NCBI GenBank assembly: GCA_963692865.2
Contig: OY843592.1
Span: forward strand, 2,752,001 to 2,816,000
Source: a bacterium
Lineage (GTDB): Bacteria; UBA8248
Direction of reading: 5' to 3'
Length of the DNA stretch: 64,000 nt
The notes beneath the pieces are model-generated. The model saw only the letters and a program-made list of their open reading frames with translations. It made no database searches and was not told the origin of the DNA. How positions within the stretch are numbered: the stretch's first letter is position 1; every line of letters begins with the position of its first letter. The translations under genes were made by a program, and so were the position numbers. Of this stretch, positions 8,691-18,337 are shown one piece after another.

Positions 8691-9248
8691 TCACGTAAAG
8701 AGAAAGGAACCCGGGTCGCTCCATTGCCCCTTCTCGTGGAGAAAAAGCTTGCCCTTGTCGATAATCAACTGTCCATCCTCAGCCAGGCCGATTTTCAGCC
8801 TCTCGAGCGGCCTCGGGGCCGGACCCTCGAAGTTGATGCCGGATCTCCGGAACCCGCTCCCGTGGCACGGGCACTTGAACTTGTCCTCGGAGCCCAGGTA
8901 CTTCGGCGTGCATCCCAGATGGGTGCATATCGCGCTCAGGGCGTAGAATCCGTTCTCTTCGCGGATGATCCACACGCGCTCGCTGTTCACATAGCGAGTG
9001 TCCACCACACCCACGGCGTAGTCCGCCGGATCCCCCGCCTTGAACTCGGTGGGCGGTTCGAACAGAACGCGCGGGAACATGAAGCGCAAGAATCCCAGCA
9101 GCGCGACGTGGATGGCGCCCAGAATGCCGAGCCACCCCGTGTAGTTCATGAACCGCCTGCGGTCGATGAACGGTTTCTTCTCCTTCGCCTCCGACTCGTA
9201 ATCGGCGGGCAGCTTCACTGGAGGTGCTTTCAAACGAGTGTTCACCAT
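8691..9248 (-). CDS. petC: Rieske 2Fe-2S subunit of the cytochrome bc/b6 complex
   Basis: Tat-like DRRRFMN plus TM helix, CTHLGC and CPCHGS boxes, GPAPRPL. Confidence 0.93.
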   Translation of the reverse strand: MVNTRLKAPPVKLPADYESEAKEKKPFIDRRRFMNYTGWLGILGAIHVALLGFLRFMFPRVLFEPPTEFKAGDPADYAVGVVDTRYVNSERVWIIREENGFYALSAICTHLGCTPKYLGSEDKFKCPCHGSGFRRSGINFEGPAPRPLERLKIGLAEDGQLIIDKGKLFLHEKGQWSDPGSFLFT

Positions 9249-9605
9249 GACTCTGCACTCCTGTTCAGCGGCTCGAAACACCTTTCCACTTCGCGCATCC
9301 GACAGCCTGCTTCCCGCCAAGCGTCGCACAAGTCCATTATCCCCCATAACGACGGATAATGAAACCGATTCGCTTGGTTTCGCCACGGGCGGCGCATGGC
9401 CTCGCCGGACGCCGAGACCATAGGGATATCAGCTATCGACAAATTCTTATTACGGACGAAAGCAACCGATGTCAAGGGCGGATGCGCGTTTCTCGCCCGA
9501 TGACGGGAGATCGGCGAACTTGTGAACGGCTTTCTTCTGGAATACGATAAAATATGTGAAGCAACAGGAGAAATTCTCCTGTTGCATGAATCGACGGGAG
9601 CAGCG

Positions 9606-9896
9606 ATGAAACGGGATGAAGTCCTGAAAATTCTCCGGGCGCATAAAGGGATACTCGCGGAGCGCTTCGGCGTCGCCGAACTCGCCATTTTCGGCTCTTT
9701 CGCGCGCGACGAAGCCGGTGAGGACAGCGACGTGGATATTCTGGTGCGCTTCGAGGGGCCGGCGCACTGGAGGCGATTTTTCGACGCGCAGTTCTACATC
9801 GAGGATCTGTTGGGCCGCGAGGTCGATCTTGCGACGGATAAGATGGTGCGGGCCGAGATACGCCCCTACGTCGAGCGGGAGAGCGTCCATGTCTGA
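9606..9896 (+). CDS. mntA: Minimal nucleotidyltransferase (MNT) antitoxin
   Basis: FGSFARDEAGEDSDVDILV matches GSx10DxD. Overlaps the HEPN gene. Confidence 0.92.
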   Translation: MKRDEVLKILRAHKGILAERFGVAELAIFGSFARDEAGEDSDVDILVRFEGPAHWRRFFDAQFYIEDLLGREVDLATDKMVRAEIRPYVERESVHV

Positions 9897-10260
9897 GGCA
9901 GGTCATGGCGGACGCGAATGGCGCTTTTACGTGCAGGACATGATCGAGTTCTGCGGCAGGGTACTGGATTACACCGCGGGATTGGACCAGGCGATATTCG
10001 TCGCCAGCAAGATCACCTACGACGCCACACTGCGAAACCTCGAACTCATCGGCGAGGCGGCGACCCACGTCCCTGAGGAGGTGCGCGACAAGTATCCTGA
10101 TATCCCCTGGGGCAGCATCATCGGAGCGCGAAACCAGTTAGCTCACGGCTATATGAGAATGGACGATAACCTCGTCTGGACCATAATCGAGGATGGAATT
10201 CCCAGCCTGTTGCCGCAACTGCAAAATCTGCTGCGCACGGAGGCAGAAGACCGAACCTAG
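9889..10260 (+). CDS. hepT: HEPN (DUF86) RNase toxin
   Basis: RNLELIGEAA...IPW...RNQLAHGY matches Rx4HxY. Start overlaps the MNT stop. Confidence 0.92.
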   Translation: MSEAGHGGREWRFYVQDMIEFCGRVLDYTAGLDQAIFVASKITYDATLRNLELIGEAATHVPEEVRDKYPDIPWGSIIGARNQLAHGYMRMDDNLVWTIIEDGIPSLLPQLQNLLRTEAEDRT

Positions 10261-10469
10261 ATGGCGGTTCGCTTCGTTAAATTTTTCAGCAGGGACAGGT
10301 CGCGCCACAAAGCCATTTCGCATCCACCGCCGGGTTCTCGCTCGTCATTCCGGCGCATACCGCTTGAACCCAACGCAGAGGCAGGGTTCCAGCAACGAAG
10401 TTTTCCTCGTCCACGGCAAACGCTCCCGCATTGGTCGCGTCAATCGCTCCCTTATCAGTCGCGCTTGAC

Positions 10470-11459
10470 CTACAACCCCGCCCTGTTGTTCTCCTTCACC
10501 GCCCTGTTCACGACGTTCACGGGCCATTCGCCGGAGAGCACGCGGCGCACCTCGCCCGGCGCGCCCTGCTGGAGTCCCACCATGGACTCCTCGCTGTACC
10601 ATGCCGCGTGGGGGTTGATGATCACGTTGTCCCGCCCTCTCAAGGGGTGCGGGTCAGGCAGGGGCTCGGGGTCGGCCGTGTCCAGGGCGCAGCCGGCGAT
10701 TTCGCCCGCGTCGAGCGCGCGCACGAGGGCGTCGGTGTCGATGATGGGGCCGCGCGAGCAGTTGATGACGACGGCGGTGTTCTTCATCTGCGCGAACGCC
10801 TCGTCGTTCATCATCCCGCGCGTCTGGGGGATGAGCGGCGGGTGGATGGAGACGAAATCAGACTGCGCGAACATTTCCGCCAGTTCCATCTTCTCCCCCG
10901 GCGCGTCGAACCGGCCCTGCTCCACGAAGGGGTCGTTGAACAGCACCCGCATCCCGAACGACGCGGCGCGGACGGCCACCATGCGGGCGATGTTCCCGAA
11001 CCCCACGAGCCCCAGCGTGGCGCCCACGAGGCGGAACATGGGCTTGCCCGGCGGCACGGCCCACTCGCCCGCGCGCACCCGGCGGTCGTAGAAGGCCACC
11101 TTCCTCGCCGATGCGAGCAGGAGCGCCATCGTGTGCTCGGCGACCTCCTCGATGCAGTAGGTGGGGTTGTTGGTTACGATGATGCCCGCCTCCGTGGCGG
11201 CGTCCAGGTCTATCGTGTCCACGCCGATGCCGTAGCGCGCGATGATCTTGCAGTTCGGCATCCCCCCCATGTCCTCTCGCGTGATGGGGCCGGCGTAGGT
11301 GTTCAAGACCGCGTCGCAATCGGCGGCTTCCGCCAGGAATTCCGCGGGCGTTTTCGTCTGCATGGCGACGATATCGGCCAGTTCTCCCAAAATCTCGTTC
11401 TCCACGTCCAGGGACTCCCAGACGTAATCGGTCAGGACGACTTTCGCCTTATCCGGCAT
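10470..11459 (-). CDS. D-isomer-specific 2-hydroxyacid dehydrogenase (CtBP-like subfamily)
   Basis: RYGIGVDTID, GLVGFGNIA, INCSRG, LDTADPEP, PHAAWYSEES. Confidence 0.92.
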   Translation of the reverse strand: MPDKAKVVLTDYVWESLDVENEILGELADIVAMQTKTPAEFLAEAADCDAVLNTYAGPITREDMGGMPNCKIIARYGIGVDTIDLDAATEAGIIVTNNPTYCIEEVAEHTMALLLASARKVAFYDRRVRAGEWAVPPGKPMFRLVGATLGLVGFGNIARMVAVRAASFGMRVLFNDPFVEQGRFDAPGEKMELAEMFAQSDFVSIHPPLIPQTRGMMNDEAFAQMKNTAVVINCSRGPIIDTDALVRALDAGEIAGCALDTADPEPLPDPHPLRGRDNVIINPHAAWYSEESMVGLQQGAPGEVRRVLSGEWPVNVVNRAVKENNRAGL

Positions 11460-11622
11460 GTTGTTCCCCTTTTACTGGTTTCCATGATGGCCTGAAAAAT
11501 TTCCCGGCGATGCTATCCCACGGGCATAAGGGAATCAAGGCGTCAGGCCCATTCCTTGACCCCCGAGAGGCGCTGTAATAGCCTCGTTCATGGTTTCCCT
11601 TATCCAGAAAGGCGGAGAGCGC

Positions 11623-12189
11623 ATGGCCGACATCGACTCGTTCAGGCTCAGCCCCGAGGACTGCCTCCTGCTCATCGTCGACGCGCAGGAGCGGCTCATG
11701 TCCGCCATGCGCGAAGACGTGCGCGCGCAGGTCGTCGGGCGCATCCTGACGCTGACCGAAGCGGCGAAGCGCCTTGGTTTCCCGGTCCTCGTCACCGAGC
11801 AATACCCAAAGGGACTCGGCCCCACCGTCGCCGCGGTGGCGGAGAAGGCGCCGGGGTTCGCCCCCATCGAGAAGATCGCGTTCAGCTGCTGCGCCGAGGA
11901 GACGTTCCTGCCCCGCCTGCACGAGACGGGCCGGACGAAGATACTGCTCACGGGGGCCGAAACCCACGTGTGCTGCTACCAGACGGCGCTCGACCTGCTG
12001 GAGAACGGCTTCATCGTCCACGCCGTGGCCGACGCCACCTGTTCGCGCTCGAAGCTGAACTGGCGGACGGGGCTCTCGGCCCTGGAGCGCGCGGGCGTCA
12101 TTCCCGCCACGACCGAACAGGCGCTCTTCGACCTGCTCCGCGTGGCGGGCACCGAGGATTTCAAAATCCTCTCGAAACTGATACGCTAA
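11623..12189 (+). CDS. Isochorismatase-family cysteine hydrolase (YcaC-like)
   Basis: LLIVDAQERL, TEQYPKGLGPT, KIAFSC, GAETHVCCYQT. Confidence 0.92.
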   Translation: MADIDSFRLSPEDCLLLIVDAQERLMSAMREDVRAQVVGRILTLTEAAKRLGFPVLVTEQYPKGLGPTVAAVAEKAPGFAPIEKIAFSCCAEETFLPRLHETGRTKILLTGAETHVCCYQTALDLLENGFIVHAVADATCSRSKLNWRTGLSALERAGVIPATTEQALFDLLRVAGTEDFKILSKLIR

Positions 12190-12242
12190 ACCCTGCGCCC
12201 ACCTGAAACACTTCACACGCCCCGAGGAAGGACCCGCCGCAA

Positions 12243-13337
12243 ATGGCGTCTGCATCCCGAAAGAGAAGCGTCGGCGTGGTGTTCGGCGGCAGATCGACCG
12301 AGCACGAGGTGAGTTGCAACTCGGGCCGGGCCATCATGGCGGAGCTCGACGCCGAAAAATACGACGTCCATCCCCTCCTCATCACGAAGTCGGGCGCGTG
12401 GATCGCCCTCCCCCATCCGGACGCCCCGGAAGATGCGGGCGAAGAAGTGCTCTTCTCGGGCACGCCGAGAGAAGCGCCGCTCAAGTACGCCGAAGGCGGT
12501 GAGGATGTCAAGATCGACGTATTCTTCCCCATCATCCACGGCACGTTCGGGGAGGACGGCACGCTCCAGGGTCTCTTCGAGCTCGCGGAGGTTCCCTTCG
12601 TGGGTTCGGGGTGCGCGTCTTCGGCCGTCACGATGGACAAGGCCGTCGCCAAGGCGGTGCTGCGCGCGGCGGGGCTGCCCGTTCTGCCCGCGCTCACGCT
12701 CTACCCCGAAATCTGGACGGCGAATCGCGAGGCGATCTCGGAGGAGGCGGCATCCAAGATCGGCTATCCCCTGTTCGTCAAACCCTCTTCATCGGGCAGC
12801 AGCGTCGGCGTCCACCTGGTGGAGCGGCCCGACGATCTTCCCGACGCCGTCGCCGACGCCTTCCGCTTCGACGGCAAGGCGCTGATCGAAGAACACGCGC
12901 AGGGGCGCGAACTGGAGTGCGCCGTGCTCGAGGGGCCCTCGCTCGGAGAATTCCTCGCCAGCCCCCTCATGGAGATCAGGACGCATTCGGGCTGGTACGA
13001 CTACGAGGCGAAATACACCGAAGGCCGCGCCGAATTGATCCTCCCGGCGCCGGTGGAGGAATCACTCGCCGGGCGCGCGCGCCACTACGCGCGGGGCGCG
13101 TTCCGCGCCCTGGGCTGTTCGGGACTCGCGCGCGTGGACTTCTTCTACCGGGAGAGGACGGGCGAGACCTACATCAACGAGGTGAACACCCTGCCCGGCT
13201 TCACGCAGTTGAGCGGATATCCGCGCATGATCCGGGCGGCGGGCGTCTCCTACCCCGAAATGCTGGACCGGCTCATCTCTTGCGCGCTGGCGCGCCGCGA
13301 GAAACTTGCGATGAGGCAATACGACCGAAACGCCTGA
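12243..13337 (+). CDS. ddl: D-alanine-D-alanine ligase
   Basis: FGGRSTEHEVS, HGTFGEDGTLQG, FVKP..SGSSVG, YDYEAKY, ARVDFF, NEVNTLPGFT. Confidence 0.96.
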   Translation: MASASRKRSVGVVFGGRSTEHEVSCNSGRAIMAELDAEKYDVHPLLITKSGAWIALPHPDAPEDAGEEVLFSGTPREAPLKYAEGGEDVKIDVFFPIIHGTFGEDGTLQGLFELAEVPFVGSGCASSAVTMDKAVAKAVLRAAGLPVLPALTLYPEIWTANREAISEEAASKIGYPLFVKPSSSGSSVGVHLVERPDDLPDAVADAFRFDGKALIEEHAQGRELECAVLEGPSLGEFLASPLMEIRTHSGWYDYEAKYTEGRAELILPAPVEESLAGRARHYARGAFRALGCSGLARVDFFYRERTGETYINEVNTLPGFTQLSGYPRMIRAAGVSYPEMLDRLISCALARREKLAMRQYDRNA

Positions 13338-13419
13338 TCGCTTCTCCCCCTTTGCAACGTCGATGCGCGTCATGCCGTCTGTCCGAGAAGAGCACCCCCT
13401 CCGACAAGTTCAGGAGCGC

Positions 13420-13998
13420 CCTTCGATACAAACGCTCCTTTCTCAGTCGCGTTTTTCCTTCGGCGGCTACTCAGGGTGAAGAAAACAAAAAACACCCTCA
13501 TCCCGAGTAGGCGCGCTTGCGCGCCGTATCGAGGGATTGATCCGACCGGGGAGGGAGGGTCAAAAAGCGCGCATGGGCGCGACGGTTTTGTAGCCGGACA
13601 ACCCCTCCTCGGGGTTGTCCGGCCCTCTGTGGTTGTCCTTCATCAGGACAGGCACAGAGGCCTGTCCCTACGCGAGAACCGCGTTTTTATAGGAGCCGCG
13701 GGATGTGGGTTTTGCCCGTCATTCCGGCGAATGCCGGAATCCAGGGACTTTGCTTTTCGTTCTTTGGCCGTCATTCCGGGCGAATGAATGAGGAAATGGA
13801 ACGCGGTAATTTACCCTTCTCATCGGTTCTGGATTCCGCATTTCCTCCCGCCTTGGTCGGAAATGATGCCGGAATGACGATCAAAAGCACCTCCGCGAAC
13901 GGAGGGTTCCGTGTAGGGGCCGCATACCATGCGGCCCGTGTCAGGCGGCGAAAAAGGCCGGGTCGCATGGTATGTCGGACATATATGTCCGACATACA
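13420..13998. repeat. Cluster of REP-like palindromes (GTAG, CGTC and CCTCATCCTGAG families)
   Basis: GGACAACCCCTCCTCGGGGTTGTCC, GGACAGGCACAGAGGCCTGTCCCTAC, CGTCATTCCGGCGAATGCCGGAATCCA, GTAGGGGCCGCATACCATGCGGCCC and GTATGTCGGACATATATGTCCGACATAC. Each recurs elsewhere in the window. Confidence 0.85.
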
Positions 13999-14025
13999 TC
14001 CCATCCGTTGAACCGGTTCTCTACA

Positions 14026-15027
14026 TCATGCCCGCAGGCAATCATCGAGAAACTCGAACGCCCGCTCCTCGGCCCAGAAGAGGGGCGCGCGGGGGTCGCC
14101 GCCGGACACGAAGCCCACGTGGCCGCCCTTTTCCGATAAAACGCCGCTCAGCCATTTTGATTCTTCCACCTGTTCGCGCGGAAAAACATGAGGCGGCACG
14201 ATGGGGTCGTCCGCTGCGGCGAGGATGAGCGTCTTCACGCGGATGTGGGGCAACCAAGGCGAGGCGTCCGCCTGTTCGTAATAATCCAGCTCGTCCCGGA
14301 AGCCGTATATGGGCGCGATGACGAGGCGGTCGAAACGGTGGAACGTCCGCGCGCGGCGCACTCCCTCGATGTCGATGAGACCGGGGTGTAGCTTTTCGAA
14401 AATCTCTGCTTTTCTCTTGACGCTGCCCAAAAGGTGCCGCCTGTAGATAAAGCCGCCCGCGGAATCGAGCGCCTTCGCGCACGCGGCGGGCCTGAGGCTG
14501 GCGGAAACGCAGGCGGCCCCGCGTATGCGAGGCGAAACCTCATCGCCGCATTCCCCGAGCCACTTGAGCAGGACGTTTCCCCCGAGCGAGAAACCCGCGA
14601 GCACGAGCGGCCCGCCGAACCTCTCCAGCATACGCTTGACGACGAAGTCCAGATCCCCCGTTTCCCCGCAATGGTAGAACCTGGGCTTCCGGTTCGGCTC
14701 GCCGCCGCACGAACGGTAGTTGAGCGCCAGCGTCCGCCAGCCGAGGGCGCGCGCCCTGGCCGCCGCGCCGCGGGCGTAATGGGAATCGGCCGAGCCTTCC
14801 AGGCCGTGGAGGACGAGCAGCGTCGGGGCGTCCGGCTCGCCTGCGTCTAACGGATCTAAAAAATCAACGTCCAGAAAATCGCCGTCGGGCGTGTCCCAAC
14901 GCTCGCGCCGCCAGGGGATGCGCGGGTGTTTTCTCAGGAAATAGCCCCACACGCTCTGGAGATGCCGCCCCCGGCAGTACCAGGCCGGACGGAACGGGGG
15001 GGTGAGCGAGGAAGCGTTAAGTTTCAT
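14026..15027 (-). CDS. YheT/ABHD-type alpha/beta hydrolase
   Basis: HLQS, DGDFLDVD, HGLEGS, YRSCGGE, GFSLGG nucleophile, DDP, GGHVGF. Confidence 0.9.
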   Translation of the reverse strand: MKLNASSLTPPFRPAWYCRGRHLQSVWGYFLRKHPRIPWRRERWDTPDGDFLDVDFLDPLDAGEPDAPTLLVLHGLEGSADSHYARGAAARARALGWRTLALNYRSCGGEPNRKPRFYHCGETGDLDFVVKRMLERFGGPLVLAGFSLGGNVLLKWLGECGDEVSPRIRGAACVSASLRPAACAKALDSAGGFIYRRHLLGSVKRKAEIFEKLHPGLIDIEGVRRARTFHRFDRLVIAPIYGFRDELDYYEQADASPWLPHIRVKTLILAAADDPIVPPHVFPREQVEESKWLSGVLSEKGGHVGFVSGGDPRAPLFWAEERAFEFLDDCLRA

Positions 15028-15148
15028 GACGCGCGCATGGGAGCTGATGAACAATCCCGATGAAGCAAGGTTTGACTCGACTGATGAGAGAGCAAGATAC
15101 GCTTCCTCCTTGAAGACCGATCTTTTCTCCTCGGATACCGACCCCCAA

Positions 15149-15531
15149 GGGGCTGTTGAGAAAGTCCCAGGCAGCGAATTTGAGTTGCGCGCGCTTTTGA
15201 AGTTCACTCCCCCCTTGAGGGGGAGTCGGTGAGGTGAGGGAGCTTTTTCCCCGAAACCGAACCGGTGGGGGGAGTTTTTGATTTTGCTTGGAAATTACAA
15301 TTGAAAATCATCCCCCCACCGCATCAACCTTCGCCCTTAAGGGCTTGGTTTCTGCGACTCCCCCTCAAGGGGGGAGTGAAATTCAGTGCCCTCCTTTTGA
15401 GGGCTTTTTCAACGGCCCCATAAGGGGGAGTTGATGTTAAGTGCTCTACAAAGGGGGGAGTGATTCGAACCCTCCCTCCCCGGTCGGCTCCATAGGCCGA
15501 ATCACGAAATCATGACTTTTCCAACAACCCC
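15149..15531. repeat. MITE-like composite repeat with TCCCCCTT/AGGGGGAG hairpins
   Basis: Left end GGGGCTGTTGAGAAAG at 15149, right ends GGCTTTTTCAACGGCCCC (about 15402) and CTTTTCCAACAACCCC (about 15516). Internal ACTCCCCCCTTGAGGGGGAGT and ACTCCCCCTCAAGGGGGGAGT. Confidence 0.8.
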
Positions 15532-15547
15532 GCATGCGGGGCTGCGA

Positions 15548-16465
15548 TCAGGCGTCCTGATCGAGGAACGCTCTATAGATGCCCTCGCGGTGCGTCGGCG
15601 GGTCGAAGCGGTATTCCTTCTCGTATTTCTGCGCCAGCACCTGGTAGAGGCCCAGCGAATTGCAGAAAAACGCGTTCGACGAGCAGACCAGCCAGACCCG
15701 GTAGATCCGGTAGGTGCGCTCGCCGACGAGTTCCCGTATCCGCCCGGCGTTTTCCTCGAACTTCTCGTACCAGTGCTTGCACGTGCGCGCGTAGTGGAGC
15801 CTCAGGTTCTCGACGTCCAGAATCTCCCAGTGCGCCAGTTCCATGACGTCCTGGATGTGGGAGATGTTGTCCATCTCTCCGTTGGGGAAGACGTTTCGCA
15901 GCAGAAACTCGCTCTGGCTCGTGGGCTTCCAGAACTTGTTCGTCGTGATCCCGTGGTTCAGGAACAGGCCCCCGTCGCGCAGGCGGTTTCTCACCGAGGT
16001 GAAGTAACTCATGTAGTTCGCGATGCCGACGTGTTCGATGATGCCGATGGCGGAGATCTTGTCGAACGTCCTCTCTTCGGGAAAGTCGCGGTAGTCCATG
16101 TGGTGGATCTCGCACCTCTCCTCGACCCCCTCGCGGCGCGCCCACTCCCGGCCCCACTTCGCCTGCTCGCGCGAGAGCGTCACGGCCGTCGCGTTCACGC
16201 CGTAGCGCTTCGCGGCCCATATCGCCAGCGAGCCCCACCCGCAGCCGATGTCGAGGTAATCCTCGCCGGGCGAGAGCCTGAGCTTCCGGCAGACGAGGTC
16301 CATCTTGTCGCGCTGCGCCTGGGCGAGGCCGCCGTCCGGCGTGCGGTAGTAGGCGCACGTATAGAGCATGTTCTCGCACAGGAACTGCTCGTAGAACTCG
16401 TTGGAGAGATCGTAGTGGTGCGATATCGCCTCTGCGTCGAATTCCTTTGTCCGCTCTTTTACCAT
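15548..16465 (-). CDS. Cyclopropane-fatty-acyl-phospholipid synthase-family methyltransferase, catalytic domain only
   Basis: HYDLSNEFY, YTCAYY, LDIGCGWG, TLSREQ, DYRD, FDKISAIGIIEHVG, VFPNG, HYARTC, YRVWL. Starts just before HYD, so it lacks the N-terminal lipid-binding domain. Confidence 0.92.
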   Translation of the reverse strand: MVKERTKEFDAEAISHHYDLSNEFYEQFLCENMLYTCAYYRTPDGGLAQAQRDKMDLVCRKLRLSPGEDYLDIGCGWGSLAIWAAKRYGVNATAVTLSREQAKWGREWARREGVEERCEIHHMDYRDFPEERTFDKISAIGIIEHVGIANYMSYFTSVRNRLRDGGLFLNHGITTNKFWKPTSQSEFLLRNVFPNGEMDNISHIQDVMELAHWEILDVENLRLHYARTCKHWYEKFEENAGRIRELVGERTYRIYRVWLVCSSNAFFCNSLGLYQVLAQKYEKEYRFDPPTHREGIYRAFLDQDA

Positions 16466-16484
16466 GGCCGCCTCAATGTTTGGT

Positions 16485-17612
16485 TCAACCGATCCCGAAC
16501 GCGCCTTCCAGAACCAGCCGGCGCCTGAGCCACGCGTTGCCGCAGATGAACTTCGCCGCGCCGAAAAGAACCTTGTCGGGAAGACGATCGATCAATTTGT
16601 CGAACACCCCTTCCCCGCCGCCTCCGTATTTCGCATAGAGCGCCTCGCCGTATTCGGCGAGACCCTCGCCCGTCTCCAGATACCCGTGCGCGGCCTCCGC
16701 CGCCATCCCGGCGCTGTGGACGGCGGGGCCGATGCCCTCCCCGCTGAAATCCTTGGCCAGTCCCGCTGCGTCGCCGATGAGCGCGAAGCCCTCCCCCGCC
16801 GGACGCCGGACGTGCGCGCGGTGGACCGAATAGGCGTGTCCGCGGAACTTGGTGAGTTCCATCCCGGCGGGCAGCCTGCCCGTCGCGCGGAATTTTTCGA
16901 GCAGGATTTCGAGGCGCTCGTGAACGCTGGGCTTCTTGCCGATGCAGCCCACGCCGATGTTCAGGAAATCCCCTTTGGTGAAATACCACGCATAGCCCTT
17001 GAAGTCGGGCTCCGCGAAGAGCTCGGGCAAGCCGTAGTTGGGCGCCAGGGCGCTCAGTCTGTCGGCGCCCACGTTCGTCTCGCTCTCCTGCGTGAGGACG
17101 ACGGATTCCCTGGAGGATACGTCGCCGAACGCCCTCGCGACCGGGCAGGTATGCCCGCCCGCCCCGATGACGACGGGAGCCTCGATTTGCTCGCTCCCGA
17201 TATCCACGCGCATTCCGTTCGCCGTCTTCTCCACCCCCCGGACGCGAACGCCCTCGCGCACCTCGGCGCCGTCTTCCTGCGCGCGCCTTAATAGATACGT
17301 GTCGAACTGGCTCCTGATGATCCCGTAGCTCGCGGGCTCGCTCCACCTCGTCTCGAGCAGCTTGTCGTCATAGCCCACGAACACGCTCTGGAACGGCTGG
17401 ATGGTGTGGGGATATTCATTCGGGTTTAGTTGCAGGTCGGCCATCACCTGCTTCGTCACCCAGCCCGCGCAGAGCTTGACGCGCGGGAACGCGGCCGCAT
17501 CGAGCACGAGGACGCGGCGGCCGCGCTTCGCCAGCTCCCGGGCGGCCGTGCTGCCTCCCGGGCCTCCTCCGACGACGATGACTTCGGGCGCGCTCATTCC
17601 GATAGTTTCCAT
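16485..17612 (-). CDS. Geranylgeranyl-reductase-family FAD/NAD(P) oxidoreductase
   Basis: VIVVGGGPGGS, FPRVKLCAG, IIRSQFDTYL, GYAWYF, NIGVG, IGDAAGLAKDFSGEGIGPA. Start at 17612 or 17597 overlaps the upstream gene. Confidence 0.9.
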   Translation of the reverse strand: METIGMSAPEVIVVGGGPGGSTAARELAKRGRRVLVLDAAAFPRVKLCAGWVTKQVMADLQLNPNEYPHTIQPFQSVFVGYDDKLLETRWSEPASYGIIRSQFDTYLLRRAQEDGAEVREGVRVRGVEKTANGMRVDIGSEQIEAPVVIGAGGHTCPVARAFGDVSSRESVVLTQESETNVGADRLSALAPNYGLPELFAEPDFKGYAWYFTKGDFLNIGVGCIGKKPSVHERLEILLEKFRATGRLPAGMELTKFRGHAYSVHRAHVRRPAGEGFALIGDAAGLAKDFSGEGIGPAVHSAGMAAEAAHGYLETGEGLAEYGEALYAKYGGGGEGVFDKLIDRLPDKVLFGAAKFICGNAWLRRRLVLEGAFGIG

Positions 17613-17950
17613 ATTCGCAGGGCCATCTTGAACTTCCGCATCGCGGTCAATTCGATCTTCTCGAAGCTGTCGGCCACCTTCATGGCCTCGAACAGATCGC
17701 CCTCGAAATCGATGGCCGAGTCGCAATAGGCCTCGGCGAAGGCGTCGGCGGTGGGATTCAGCAGAACGCGCTTGAAAGAATCGAGCGAGGGGAACGTGAT
17801 TTCGAGCGGCAGCACCTCGCGTCCCACCGTGAGGGCCGTTCCGTCCCACAGGCGGAAGCGGAGTCCGTAGTCGAGATCGGCGAAAATGTCCCTGAGAATC
17901 CCGGCGGCCCCCGAAGCGGCGGAGCGGCCGTTCGCAGTAGACGTGTTCAT
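17594..17950 (-). CDS. Stand-alone N-terminal (lipid-binding) domain of CFA synthase
   Basis: FRLWDG...RVLLNP..DAFAEAYCDSAIDFEGDLFEA matches the FRLWDG / LGEAY.DG.IDVEGDL pattern at the N-terminus of full-length Cfa proteins. GGAGGA RBS. Confidence 0.78.
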   Translation of the reverse strand: MNTSTANGRSAASGAAGILRDIFADLDYGLRFRLWDGTALTVGREVLPLEITFPSLDSFKRVLLNPTADAFAEAYCDSAIDFEGDLFEAMKVADSFEKIELTAMRKFKMALRIWKLSE

Positions 17951-18337
17951 GGCCTCATCCTCCTATGCGGAATCCAAAGGGGATGATCGTTCAACGGGCG
18001 TCTTGCGTTTCGACTTTCTCATGGCCTCGTGAAGCGGACGAAAATCATACCAAGAATCCAAACTTCCATCTATTTTGAATAAACGCCCACGGGCCGTTCT
18101 GTCAACCTCTTTTTTGAGAGCGTGGGGATCAATCGCGATTGATGAGGGAGTGACTGACGCGAGCGGGGAGAGAGGGGTTGACAAATTTCAAAATTAAACC
18201 GATGAATGCTATATTGTGTAAAATCAACATGATTTAATTAATTATAGGAATGGTGAGTGAGTTGATCCGCTTAATTCTATCAACTAACTACGGAAGCTTA
18301 TAGTGACCTCTCCCAGGTCAGAATCAATTGCGATGAA

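Noticed and set aside
15451-15505. GGAGGGTTCGAATCACTCCCC on the minus strand resembles a tRNA T-arm
   Set aside because: No cloverleaf, D-arm or anticodon arm. The flanking CCGACCGGGGAGGGAGGGT belongs to the intergenic repeat family (also near 13543 and 56230).
18159-18183. Possible tRNA-Ser-like 3' fragment (att site) at the island edge
   Set aside because: Similarity is weak, there is no GTTCGA or CCA, and no second copy or integrase at the other end.
17963-18184. 73-aa ORF or short leader (MRKSKRKTPVERSSPLDSA) upstream of the split cfa operon
   Set aside because: No recognisable domain, and it spans the probable promoter region, so translation cannot be supported from sequence alone.
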